From assembly GCF_001194135.2 (NCBI RefSeq), contig NC_068984.1:11011756-11075755 (forward strand): a stretch of 64,000 bases of DNA. The letters are read 5' to 3'. Origin of the DNA: Octopus bimaculoides (taxonomy: Eukaryota). Below, piece after piece: positions 1-12,750 of this stretch. The number at the start of each line of letters is the position of its first letter. Position 1 is the first letter of the stretch. The translations under genes and the position numbers were made by a program. Under the pieces are notes generated by a model, which was not told the origin of the DNA, did not search any database, and saw nothing but the letters and a program-made list of their open reading frames with translations.

Positions 1-270
1 TCCTCATTGACCACCAGATAAGGGATCGGGAGACCCTGTCAAAGGCTTTCTCCATGTCAACGAAAGCCAGGTACAGAGGTTTATCCTTAGCTAGGTATTT
101 CTCCTGCAACTGTCTCACTAGAAATAAGGCATCAGTAGTGCTTTTACCTGGCACGAACCCAAACTGCATCTCATCTAAATTGATTCGCTCCCTAATTAGT
201 TGGGCTATGACCCTCTCTGTAACTTTCATAACCTGATCTAACAGCTTGATGCCTCTGTAATTATTTGTAT
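1..270 (-). mobile_element. RTE-clade LINE reverse transcriptase fragment (runs off window start)
   Basis: The reverse strand reads open as NNYRGIKLLDQVMKVTERVIAQLIRERINLDEMQFGFVPGKSTTDALFLVRQLQEKYLAKDKPLYLAFVDMEKAFDRVSRSLIWWSMR. This has the non-LTR RT motifs NYRGI, QFGF..G.ST.D and F.D..KAFD.V. Confidence 0.92.
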
Positions 271-920
271 ACCTTCCTGAAATCTGCCAGCAGTACACCT
301 GGCAGCTTTTTTCTTTTCTTAGTTGTAGTGCACCTGAGCATACAACAATTGCTTTCATATGTATATATACTTTGACATTTATTATCTGTTGTCCAATTAT
401 TCATACATTTCTTTATAAATATGTAACCAAAAAATAACTGTTGTAATTCAATTGTGCTTCATTCTTGATAATATCTTTTAACTCCTTTCTAGATTTGCTT
501 TTCACTTCAGTAAGAGGGAAAAAATTTTGTTTTCCTCTCCTGGTCTTTGAAAAAAGTAATATATGCATATGTGGCGTGGAAGTCAACTGAAATTGTGTTG
601 TCTTAATATCTAGACACAAGCATGAAACTATAATATAGATATAGTATTTATTCCTAAACTCTCTGACACAATCTTAACAAAATAATTCATTTCATTAAAT
701 TGCTCCAAATTCTTTATTTTCAAACTCATTTAGAATGTAAGCAGTGTTTTGTCATTGGTTTTTTTTATCTTTCTTTTGAACATGTGGTAGAGCTAAAAAG
801 GGCAGACTTGCAACTGATCTATTATAATTTAGAGACAAAAATATATATTACATGGATGTAAGAGGAATATTTAAGCAAAGGTCTCAGTAAAATAGAGAGA
901 ATTCAAATACAAAGTAGCTG

Positions 921-1140
921 CACCATTTAGCATTTAAACTGGCCATATCCAGCCAAAATATTGCACCCATTTGATGTTCAAATCAACCAGATCTTGCCTC
1001 TTGCATCCACTCTACAATGTCTTTCTAAAAGGATACAACCACACCATCAAAGTTTGAAAGCTGTGAGATAATTCATGATTAATTCAAAACAATAAATAAA
1101 CCCTACATTTGACAGAGTAATCTGAATGCTAAAAGAGTAA
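921..1140. mobile_element. piggyBac-type MITE, family B (CCCTTTAGCATT...AATGCTAAAGGG), decayed
   Basis: Starts TTTAGCATTTAAACTGGCCATATCC and ends TAATCTGAATGCTAAAAGAGTAA. It is homologous to better copies at 27091, 28449 and 37702. Confidence 0.65.
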
Positions 1141-1339
1141 ACAAAATGATATGAAAAATATATCCAGACATATGCATTAAAATATGCACATGCATTCTAC
1201 ATACCCTATTCGTTGGTGTAGATCCATTCTTCTAATGTAAACAGGTATATAAAATTAAATACACACCTCGTCTTCATCAGCAGGTGATAGACTGTATGAA
1301 AGTGTTGTTGGTTTTTATACATGCAGATACATGTTTTTT

Positions 1340-1850
1340 TTAAGGTTTCATTTGATAGAGTGTTCCATATGATTTTACTTGAATATGGATTAGAGATCAT
1401 CTGGTTTGATGGATTAGAGACCATCTGGTTTGAAAGTTTTCCTGATAAACTACCTGATCAAATAGAGAAAGAAATTATCATTGAAGGGATAAAATTCAAC
1501 CTACTAAATTATTATTATCATGATTTCAATGGCTACATGTAGAGATATAATACATGGGGCTGTGATGATAACAAAAGTTACCCTAACATGCTAATTAGAT
1601 ACAGCATGCTTAAAAACCCGAATATACAAATCCTAAAAACATATTAGACAATGTTACTTGGATGATTGCTTCATCTTGTAGATACACAATCAACTTAATG
1701 AGTTGAAAATTTTAGTTAACTGTATAAATAATAATATTCGGTTTACAATTGAATGTAATGAAGAACTTTTTTATCTGATATTTTAGTCATTAAAAGCAAC
1801 ATGGGCCTCAAAACAACATGGATCTGAAACCAACAGATTAGAAACATTCC
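1340..1850 (+). mobile_element. Penelope-like element (PLE) reverse transcriptase remnant
   Basis: Decayed, frameshifted motifs occur in PLE order: VSFD...EYGLE..W...FPDKLPDQIEKEIIIEGIKF...FNG, then YLDDCFIL (1655-1678), then IRFTIE...E(L/P)F(L)DILVIK. Confidence 0.75.
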
Positions 1851-2284
1851 TGCTATTCAAAAGATACATGACAAATCTACACATATGTACTCATACATTA
1901 TACACACACATACACACACACATATATGTATATATATATACACACGCACATATGCATATAAGCCTGTATACACATACCTGTGTGTGTATGTGTGTGAGTG
2001 TATATATACACACATACACAATTCAACCGTTTCTTTCATTTGTTGTTGTTAGGAAGAGACTAAGATATAACTTAAAAGTAATGTGTTTTGTTTTTAAAAT
2101 GTATTCTTATGAATGGCTCTAATGTACGTCTTTCTAAGTATATATGCATGTATATGCACGCATACATAGTGTATGTATATGTATGTAGGTATATATGTGT
2201 GTGTGTATGCGTGTTGCCAATTTTCTATTAAGTTATCCATTTTGTTTTATCATTTCCCCTCCCCACCCTCATCTTTCCTGTTCC

Positions 2285-2323
<39 letters not shown>

Positions 2324-2746
2324 GTAATTGTAAACCAATATTTATTGTGTCTCTCTGCTAACATAGATAGTCTATTGTCTTCTGTGTATATATTCTAACA
2401 GTAAATGTTATGTTTAATATCTGTTTCCCCTAGATGCCTTATATCTAAATAGCTGTTTCATTTCTATATTGATGTTAGTTTTGTTGTTGTTGTTGGTGGT
2501 GGTGGTAATTATAACGGTAACGGTGGTGGAGTTATGTTTTCGTTCAGGCATTGCTGTGTGCTAAAAACACCATTGGCCAGTGCAGGAAGCATATTCTTTC
2601 CATTTTCTTTTAATAGAAGCATTGTGTTAGTTTAAAACATATGTTCTAGATAATGGTATGCCATGGTCTATGGCTCTGCTTACAAGGGGTAAATGATTCC
2701 AAAACTTCACTTTGTAATGACTATTACATCTCTAAACAGAGTCTCT

Positions 2747-2792
<46 letters not shown>

Positions 2793-4176
2793 GTTACTTC
2801 AAACCAGTAGATAGAATGTTATCTTTGAATTACGTCTATTAATATTTTGAACACAAAAATAACAGAGGAGTTTTTCCCTAAATTGAGAGCAAACGTTTCT
2901 TTTATTTAATAAGTGTATAAAGCATGGCTATGTGGTTAAGGCACATGGCCCAGTGGTTAGGGTGTTGTTCTCCCAATCTTGCAATTGTGATTTCAATTCC
3001 TAAGCAATGCATTGTGTTCATGAGGAAAGCACTTCATTTCATATTGTTCCAGTTCACTCAGCTGTAACGGATTATTCCTGCAATGGACTGGCGTCCTGTT
3101 TAGAGGAAATGGTGTGATCTTAGTAATTTGTACATCATGGAAACCAGGCAACTGACTCTATGAGTCCTAGGACTTGAGATAGTAATCCGGGAGTTGATGA
3201 TGACATGTGGTTAAAATGTTCACTACCCAGCCATGTGATTTCCGATTCAGCCCCACTGTATGACCCCTTGAGTCTTCTACTATAACCCCAGGCTGACCAA
3301 AATATTGCATGTGGATCAGTAGATGGAAAATGGAAGAAGCTTATTGTGTGTGTGTGTTTATGCTGCCTTGTCTTGCATCACAGTCTTTTGTGAAATGAGG
3401 CAAAAATGACCTTGCTTGAAAAAACAGGTGATGGTTGGTGATAGGAAGGGCCTCTTGCTGTAAAACAAATTTAATCTTACCCATGAAAGTATGGAAAATT
3501 TGATGTTCAAATGATTATGAGAATGATGATGATGATGATATGTATCTGTGGATGTGTATTTGTATGCTTAGATGTATGTGTATGTATGTGATTGTCAGAT
3601 AGGCAGACAGAGCACTGGGGTTCATTGTTTAGAAGAGCATGCTTATAATACAGAACTGATGGGTCTAATTCTTTCTTAACTAGTTCCTGATGTGTCCCCA
3701 GATAAAAATAAAATATACTTTGTTGAACTCATTGTTTTTAATAAAATGTGTTTGTGTGTGTGGTGTGTGTATGTGTGTGTGTGTGTTTGTGTGTGTGTTG
3801 TCGTAACATACAACTAAAGACAAACTCACTCTACAACATGCACTGCATAACTCTTCCTCTTTTATTTACACTCACTTATACCCAAATACAGAGACATGTG
3901 CACACACACACACATGCACACACGCACACACGATCATTGTTAAATTCTTTGACACAATCACAGAAAGTATGGTTTCAGTAAATTATGTAATAAAGCGATT
4001 AGTAGAGAAAAGTAAAACTAATTTCACAATGAACTAAATTCCCTCTAGAATTCATTTCATTTCTCTTAGATTGCCAGTGCCATTAAGAATGGTTCATACA
4101 TCACAATCTGTTTTAAAAAATAGTACTTGTACAAACGCTAAAAGAAATATATATTAAATACATTTTAAAGTTCACT

Positions 4177-4480
4177 CATCATCATCATCATCATCTCCTC
4201 CTCCTCTAATTCTTACCATTCCACCTTGTAGTCTGATAAATTTCACCTTGTATTCTGATAACCTTTCACCTCTTCATTTGGCATCTTTCTCAGCCTGCCT
4301 CTTTTACAATTCTTTTTCTATCACTTCCCAGTGTAATTCCTTTTACACATTTTCCTGCAATATTAAGTTTTCTCTGAACCTCAAGCATAGACGTCTCTTT
4401 TGATTCCACTTCGTCTAAATCTAGAAACTCATTCAGAGTTTCGCTCAAGTGTTTCTTCTACTCGGCTGTTTCATCAGACA
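4177..4480 (-). mobile_element. Decayed RTE-like LINE 3' end with (GAT)n tail
   Basis: The reverse strand has an L.(I/V).GKC.(K/R)G-like C-terminal RTE segment followed by a (GAT)n tract (plus strand TCATCATC at about 4177-4195). Confidence 0.4.
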
Positions 4481-4509
4481 CAAACTACAATTATGTTATT
4501 TTCAGAACA

Positions 4510-5030
4510 GCACATGGCTTAGCGGTTAGGGTATTTGGGTCATGGTCGTAAGATCATGAGTTCGATTCCTGGTAGCGTGTTGTGCCCTTGAGCAGGGCAC
4601 TTTATTTCACTCTGCTCCATTCCACTCAGCTGGTAAAAATGAGTTGTTCCTGTAATTCAAAGGACCAGCTTTATTACATTCTGTGTCCCTGAGAACTACA
4701 TTAACCCTTTTGTTACCATATTTTTGTTGAGATGTTCTGTCTTCCTTTCAATTATTTTTAAATATAACAAAGAATTTAGTAAAATAACTTCGTCATCATT
4801 AAGCTAGTGTTAGGAATGTAAATTGTAATTAAGGTTTGATGGAAGATTTTAATTCTGAACTTTTGAAAACAAGACATTTGTACTACAGAGCCAGAGGCGG
4901 TTTCAGCTGGGTTGGTAACGAAAGGGTTAAGAACAAGTGTGTCTGTGAGTGCTCAGTCACTTGCATATTAATTCCACAAGCAGGCTGTTCCATTGAACTG
5001 GAACCTTCTTGTCATAACTGACAGAGTGCC
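4510..5030 (+). mobile_element. tRNA-derived SINE family C, interrupted by a piggyBac MITE
   Basis: A-box-like TGGCTTAGCGG, B-box-like GAGTTCGATTCC and a GTGCCCTTGAGCAGGGCACTT core. It matches the uninterrupted copy at 37025-37340. Confidence 0.8.
4701..4930. mobile_element. piggyBac-type MITE family A with TTAA TSD
   Basis: TTAA|CCCTTTTGTTACC ... GGTAACGAAAGGG|TTAA: terminal inverted repeats starting CCC, flanked by a TTAA duplication. Confidence 0.88.
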
Positions 5031-5099
5031 AGTTTTTCATTTTTTAAAAATTTTTATTGAAGGATAAAAATAAGGATTAAGTCAACAGGATGAGCTGGC

Positions 5100-5690
5100 A
5101 TGTAAATTGAGATCACAGCCGTAGCCTACACCAGTGTCACATGACCAGCCCATTTAAAAAGTACCTTTGAATCATCGAGCGACATGCTGTGCTTGAGGAG
5201 ACCTATTGAGTCAAGTAAAATCAAAATCAAATCAAATCAAATCACATTCAAAAGGAAATTGTAGTTGTGGCCAATGCCAGTGCCGACTGGCTCCCGTACT
5301 GGTGGCACACAATAAGCACCATTCATGCGTGAGTTACTGCCAGTGCCACCTGACTGGCTCTCTTTGCCAGTGACATGTAAAAAGCACCATCCAAACATGG
5401 TCGATGCCAGCCCTCCCCCTGCCCCAACTCACTCCTGTGCCGGTAGCACGTAAAAAGCACCATCCGAACATGGCTGATGCCAGTGTCACCTGACTGGCTC
5501 CTGTGCCAAGGACATGTAAAAAGCACCCACTACACTCTTGGAGGAGCTGACATTAGGAAGGGCATCCAGCTGTAGAAACCTTGCCAGATCAGATTGGAGC
5601 CTGGCGAAGCCTCTTGGCTTGCCAGTCCCCAGTTAAAACTATCCAACCCATGCCAGCATGGAAAACGGCGGCGGCGGTGGTGGTGGTTGT
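5100..5690 (+). mobile_element. RTE-associated non-autonomous retroelement / LINE 3' UTR with ~65-bp internal subrepeats
   Basis: Tandem GCCAGTGCC.CCTGACTGGCTC...GGCAC.TAAAAAGCACC units lead into the common tail AGGAAGGGCATCCAGCTGTAGAAAC...CCAACCCATGCCAGCATGGAAA. The same tail recurs at 16079, 17820, 35643(-), 38430, 44418(-) and 50045(-). Confidence 0.75.
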
Positions 5691-6559
5691 TGTTGTTGTA
5701 ACTAAAATACTACAAGACATTGAATTTACTCAATGTACCTTCAGTGAATTTGTTATCTGTTACTTGTTTCAGTCATTGGATTGCAGCCATGGTGGAGTAC
5801 TGCCTTGTAGGGTTTTGGACAAATCAACCCCAGTCCTTTTTTTAAGTCTGGTACTTGTCTCTTTTACTGAACTGCTAAGTTACTGGGACATAGACAAATC
5901 AACATTTGTTTTCAAATGGTGGGGTAGATGCAGACCCTAATACAAAAACATACACACACAACAGGCTTTTTTCAATTCCCATCTACCAGTTTTGTTCACA
6001 AGGCTTTGGTTGTCCAAGGGTTATAATAGAAGACACTGGCCCAAGGTGCCTCACAGTGGCACTGAACCCAAAACCATGTGGTTAGGAAGCAAACCTCTTA
6101 CCATACAGCCATAAAACAAATAAGTGAATCACTTTCTTCACACACTGTATTTGCCCTCCTGAAAATTTTCCTTGTTGCCACCATCTGATAAATTCAACTC
6201 TTCAGGCCCTAGCAACTTTGCAGGCCCTAGCAATTTTTATTTCATTATTATTATGGAAGATTAGCAGTCGATCCCTTCCCGTGCCATCTGTTGTCCAAGG
6301 GAAAAGCCACAACCAACATTACTTGGCACCAGGCATTACCATCAAAACACAGAACTGGAACAAATATTGTTACAGCATCTGTTCAATGCCATAACACTAC
6401 ACTGATCCATCATCTTGAACTGGAACACTTACCATGAAATGAAGAATGGTAGATTCAGAAAATTCAATATGTCTTTTATTTTGTTACAACTCATTTTGAG
6501 CTGTAAATCCAGTTGAGTTAATTTTGACTTTTATTCTTCAATAATTTGCAGCTTGAGGG

Positions 6560-6900
6560 TGAGAGCTGAACTCTTACAGCTGATATGGATCAAAGAATCC
6601 AGGCATTTCAGCATACAAATTTGATGCTACACATCCCATGCATAGAGCATAAAAAGAACAGCTTAGTCAAGCAAGTTGACAAATATGCTGGTAGAAAGGA
6701 ACCATTCCATGCACAGGTAAAAAGATGAAAGATTTCTGGTACGGTCATGTATCCTGCTACAACTTGCTGTCCAGGGCACAGATAAGGGAAGGCAAAAGAG
6801 AAGACAGAGAGAATCCTGGTTTCACATCAAGGACTGGACAGGTCACAACACAGCAAACTGGCTATGAATGACAGAGAACAGAGATCAGTGGTAATGGCTA
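6560..6900 (+). mobile_element. RTE/BovB-like LINE C-terminal coding remnant
   Basis: Reads ES*TLTADMDQRIQAF...YAGRKEP...QVK...WYGHV...KDWTG...DRE with frameshifts, typical of the RTE region after the RT domain. Confidence 0.7.
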
Positions 6901-7471
6901 AATATGAAAGTGCCTGGAGTGGTACCCCAGTGACTGGCTCCATCAGTTAAAGAATCTTGATGACAAGGATGAAGATGTTATTTATTTACCATGAAAAGAA
7001 GAAAAGTGAAGTTGGCATCAATGATATTGGAGTTCAGTGCACAGCTATCCTGAGCAAATACCACGAGTGATTCTAGCTGATGCTGTTATGATTCTTCCAG
7101 TTTGTTTTACTGTACCATCAAGCCATACAAATATTCTGCACATTACTAAAATTACAGAAATTGATAACACGGATGTATATGAATTTATGCAAACACCTAC
7201 ACGTGCATACACAGTTATATAAATACACATATATACACGCATGTACAACTATATGCATGCATACACATGCATACTGCAGATATTCAGAAAACATTCATGA
7301 GCTAGTTAAATATAAACAGGTGTTGAGATAAAAAGAAGTTTTAACACATTAAAAATTCTTAGTGATATAAATAATACAAACTTCCTGCATTCAGAACACA
7401 AGACAGTTTTACCATCATTTCTATTAACATGCGTGGGTGGTGGTTTTATATACATGTATAGATATATATAC

Positions 7472-7521
<50 letters not shown>

Positions 7522-9225
7522 NNNNNNNNNNNNNNNNNNNNNNNNNNNNNNNNNNNNNNNNNNNNNNNNNNNNNNNNNNNNNNNNNNNNNNNNNNNNNNN
7601 NNNNNNNNNNNNNNNNNNNNNNNNNNNNNNNNNNNNNNNNNNNNNNNNNNNNNNNNNNNNNNNNNNNNNNNNNNNNNNNNNNNNNNNNNNNNNNNNNNNN
7701 NNNNNNNNNNNNNNNNNNNNNNNTTTTTTTTTTTTTTTTCTCTACACAATCTTTTATTTCTGCTGTGATATTTCATCAAATCACTGCTAATCAAATACCT
7801 GTCTCATTTTCTCACATCTATATATAGTACTGAAATAAGTCGATGGAAGATTGTAATAAAAGTAAAGCATTAAAAGTAGTTGGAGTGGAATGAAGCAGAC
7901 TAAATAGAAACGCACAATTCCTTTGCCCCCCCCCACAACACACACATGTATACATACACATATGTATGTATCCATGCATATATATATATATATTTATTTA
8001 TTTCTACTATAGATATATAAATATACATATATATGGATATATATTTCTACCATATATGTATATATATATATATATATTTCTACTATATATATATATATAG
8101 ATAGATAGATAGATAGATATTCCTACTATATACATATATATTATATAGATATAGATATTTCTACTATATATATATCATATAGATAGATATATAGATATAG
8201 ATATTTCTACTATATGCTTCTACTTCATTTCATTTAATTTTTTTTCTTTACTAATCATTTCTTATTTAGACCTAAGGTCACAAATAGTTGGCAGAGGGAA
8301 AATTGAAATAGAGTGAGAGTTAGATTTTTTTGTGTTTTTTTTCTTCGTTTTTGGCAAGAGCATTAGTGACTATAAGTGAAGTGAAATGACCTCAGCTGAC
8401 ATTCAAAACCAGCTTCACTGACTTACATTACAGTATCATCATTTTGATTTTTTCCCTCTTTTTTAGTGAGGCGTGTGGTGGTGGTGGTGGGGCGGGGGAA
8501 GGAAAGCCCTTTAATTTTAGGAAAGAGAAAATGAGAAATATGAATGATGTCTTTGCCAAGGGCATAAATTGCAGTGAAATGGCTTTCAGCTCAGAATTAA
8601 AACTTGACTTGAAATGCCAGGAGCTACAAAATTTATCATCTTAAAGCAAAAAAGGAACTTCTATGTAGTAACCCGACTTCCTAGAAATAGCAGCCTAACT
8701 GTCCTTAAATTATGCATAGAAAGGGAAAGAGATGTGTATCTAGGGTCTTGTAAAAAAACATCAGCTTTAAAAGAAGTATATGAGAGATGGCTGAGTGATA
8801 AGAAACTCACTTTGCAATCATTTAGTTTCAGGTTCAGTCCCACTGTGCAGCACCTCAGATAAATATCTTCTAGTATAGCCCTAGGCCAATCACTACCTTG
8901 TGTGAGTGATTTTGGTAGATGGAAACTGTGGAACCTTATTATGTGTGTGTTTTTACTGGTGTTTCAATATTTCGGGCTTAAGACCCCTTCTTGCAGAAAT
9001 CTACAGAGAAAAGTTGTTATTGATTGATTATTCTGTTTTGTATGAGGCCGGCTCTGAGGTTGCTGGCGCCCTGAGCAAGCTGACCTTTAGTGTGTACAAG
9101 CTGATGGTCATGGAAATTTCCTTGTCTTTGTCATGCCCTCATTGGCACCCCAGTCGACTGCCTGAGTTGCCAGTGCCTTCAGCTGGCCCTGGTTCTGTAG
9201 TGTGTGTATGTGTGTGTCTAACCCT

Positions 9226-9466
9226 AACAAGGTGGCAAACTGGCAGAAACATTAGCACGCCGGGCAAAATGCTTAGCGGTATTTCGTCTGCCGTTACGTT
9301 CTGAGTTCAAATTCCACCAAGATCGACTTTGCCTTTCATCCTTTCGGAGTCGATTAAATAAGTACCAGTTATGCACTGGGATTGATGTAATCAACTTAAT
9401 CCCTTTGTCTGTCCTTGTTCGTCCCCTCTATGTTTGGCCCCTTGTGGGCAATAAAGAAATAGGAAT
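9226..9466 (+). mobile_element. tRNA-derived SINE family B with 9-bp TSD
   Basis: CTGGCAGAAAC...GAGTTCAAATTCC...GCCTTTCATCCTTTCGGAGTCGATTAAATAAGTACCAG...AATAAAGAAAT, flanked by direct repeats TCTAACCCT (9217-9225 and 9467-9475). Confidence 0.88.
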
Positions 9467-9698
9467 TCTAACCCTGAAATTTTGAAACACCAGGCTAGAG
9501 TACAAAACCATTGACCTATATTAATAATTGCTTCTATAACTTGCATTGTTTTGGCTTTAAAACAAAATAATTAAGAACATTTATATATGTATAATCATTC
9601 TTCATATATATATGTATATATATATATAGATAAATAGATAGATAGATATAAAGTATGATTTATTTGTGATCAGAGTTGTTTGAAAACCGAGGTTCTAC

Positions 9699-9749
<51 letters not shown>

Positions 9750-9871
9750 NNNNNNNNNNNNNNNNNNNNNNNNNNNNNNNNNNNNNNNNNNNNNNNNNNN
9801 NNNNNNNNNNNNNNNNNNNNNNNNNNNNNNNNNNNNNNNNNNNNNNNNNNNNNNNNNNNNNNNNNNNNNNN

Positions 9872-9937
<66 letters not shown>

Positions 9938-10849
9938 TTTTCAAGTCCAAGGAAGACTGTCACTGACAATTAAGAACATTGTGCACTGAGACAAGTTTAC
10001 ATTTTACACTTGTGGCTCCGCTGGTGACTAATGAGCCCAGCCCTTGATAAACATACCCGTCCGCAGATACTGCAGACCAGGCTTCCCCCATTCACTACAT
10101 TGGCAGTGTGGTTTTGAGCATTTTGCTAAAATTCTGCATGAAAAATGCATGTTTTTCAAAAACACCCACTCCTTCCTTTACTTGTTTCCTCCGCTGATGA
10201 TGATGATGATCACACACACACACACACACATTACTTTTTCCCTTTGCCATAAATTATGTAGTCATGCCCCTCCTCCACCACCTTCTTTGTCTCTGAAGTT
10301 ATTACTGTTGTATGTCAGTACTCGAAAAGCCCTGAGGTTCACTTCAGCTTGGCCTTTCACATCTCTTGGGTGCACAAGTGAGGTCAAGAAGATACAGTAA
10401 AAAAACTTCATCTGCATTTCTTCATTCTTTCTTTGTAAACTGAACATCAAGAGAATAGTGAAGAGTTGCAGTTAGATTGGAGCTGCATGGTGTTTCTGCT
10501 ATCTTTCATAAACTAAATCACTATTTTAACTATCAAAGGAGCCTCTATGGCAGCATGCAGCCCTCAAACAGCCTTCTGGCAGCCCTCAAACATCCTAATG
10601 GTGGCCCTCGGTGGTCTTCCCTCTATAAATATAATAATTTTTTCTTTAATTGGCTTTTGTTTTTCTTTTTTTGGTGTGGCCAGGTTTTGAATCTGACCTA
10701 GATTTTAAACAGGTTGAGAACTACTGCTCCATGCACTCCTTCAATCTGCTAGAAATAGCATCATTAAATCTCCCTCAAACTATACTGACACCATTCTCAT
10801 CGTCACAGTATTGTCTCCTTTCCATTCTGATATGGTTTGGATGGGTTGT

Positions 10850-10920
10850 CACAATTCAAATCAGTTATGGGGACGTAAACACACAGACATGTTGGGGGGA
10901 CAAACACAGATACACAAACA

Positions 10921-10957
<37 letters not shown>

Positions 10958-11120
10958 CAAGCTTCTTTCAGTTTCTGTCTTCCAAATCCACTCACAGGGC
11001 TTTGGTCGACCTGAGACTATAGTAGAAGACACTTAGCCCAAGATGCCACACAGTGAGACTGAACCTGGAACCATGTGGTTGATAAGCAAGCTACTTACCA
11101 CACAGCCACTCCTGCGCCTA
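10850..11120 (-). mobile_element. tRNA-derived SINE family A
   Basis: Reverse complement of the AGGCGCAGGAGTGGCTGTGTGGTAAGTAGC...GGTTCAGTCCCACTG family, with the central (TA)n tract. Confidence 0.85.
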
Positions 11121-12271
11121 TATCAGGATTTTTCTAAACCCTTTCATCGAAACTGTTAATTACTTAGTTTCTTTGTAATAAGCATTTCCAATCATGACAT
11201 GTAATAGAAAGGAATGAATTACACAGTTTCGGACTAAAGCTAAATGTTAAAGTGTACAAAGGATTCACTGCTTTCTTGGGAAGAGCAAAAAAGGCTCTTT
11301 CATCATTAGAATTTTAAAAAAGGACTCTTTTATTTCTTTTATTTCTTTTCTTTCTTTCACTTGTTCCAGTCATTTGACTGTGACCACACTGGGGCACTGC
11401 TTTGAAAGTCTAGCCAAACAAATTGATCCCTGTATGTCTTTTTTCTAACAAGGACATAAACAAACCAACACCATTTGTGAAGTATTGGTGGGGGACAATT
11501 GCAAATACAAAGACACACACACACATATATGATGGGCTTCCACACAATTTCCATCTGTCATATCCACTCAAGACACTTATTTAAGGTTCTGCACGGTGGA
11601 ACTAAACCTCAAACCACATGATTGCAAAGCAAACTTCTTAACCATACAACCATGCCTGCACCTAAATGCACTTTATACTAGAGTAGTTTTAGATATATTA
11701 AAACAGCAAGCCATGGCTGGAACACCTTGCATCACAAGTCTGCCCAATCAGAGATGATTTGAACTAAACAGCCACAACATCTGCAAGAGTCTAAATAGCT
11801 TTATATTCTCTGTAATTAAGATAAAATACAAACCTCCATGCTATTCTTTCATATTTTATATTTTATCTTTTATCAAGCCATTATAAACACTAAATTTATA
11901 AATCATTATGTTTTTGTTTCAATCAAACATTAAATGTTGATAGGTTTGTTCTGTTTGACTTGTTATAATCAGTGGTAAACTCTATTGACTTTAGAAGACG
12001 GAGAAATATATTAAAAAAAACAACAGTAGTTGTTATATTTTACACTAAGCTAAAAGTAAGAAGCAAAACTGTTACAAACACTGGCTCACTAAGCATTAAA
12101 TTTTACTCTGTAATTAGTAATTTTAATTAACCTTTGGACACTTTAACATTTGGCCTTAGTCCTGAACTGTGTAATTCATTCCTTTCTATTACATGTCATG
12201 ATTTGAAATGCTTATAACAAAGAAACTAAGTAATTAACAGCTTCGATGAAAGGGTTTAGAAAAATCCTGAT

Positions 12272-12750
12272 ATAGGCACAGGAGTGGCTGTGTGGTAAGT
12301 AGCTTGCTTATCAACCACATGGTTCCGGGTTCAGTCCCACTGCATGGCACCTTGGGCTAAGTGTCTTCTACTATAGCCTCGGGCTGACCAAAGCCTTGTG
12401 GATGGATTTGAAAGACAGAAACTGAAAGAAGCCTGTCATCATCATCGTTTAACGTCCGCTTTCCATGCTAGCATGGGTTGGACGATTCGACTAAGGACTG
12501 GCAAACCAGATGGCTGCACCAAGCTCCAATCTGATTATATATATATATATATGTACATGTTTGTGTGTCTGTGTTTGTCCCCCCAACATGTCTGTGTTTA
12601 CGTCCCCATAACTTACAGTCTGGCAAAAGAGACCGATAGTACTAAGCTTGCAAAGAATAAGTCCTGGGGTTCATTTGCTCGACTAAAGGCAGTGCTCCAG
12701 CATGGCCGCAGTCAAATGACTGAAACAAATAAAAGAATAAAAGAATTAGA
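12272..12750 (+). mobile_element. SINE family A carrying an antisense RTE-tail insertion in its central microsatellite
   Basis: The SINE A head and tail flank a reverse-oriented (GAT)n-tailed element at about 12434-12535. Confidence 0.85.

Noticed and set aside
5260-5530. Regularly spaced direct repeats that could be mistaken for a CRISPR array
   Set aside because: The context is eukaryotic, the spacers are homologous to one another, and the units are subrepeats of a dispersed retroelement 3' region.
12272-12350. tRNA-like A/B boxes in many dispersed copies
   Set aside because: These are SINE heads with no complete cloverleaf, so no tRNA genes were called.
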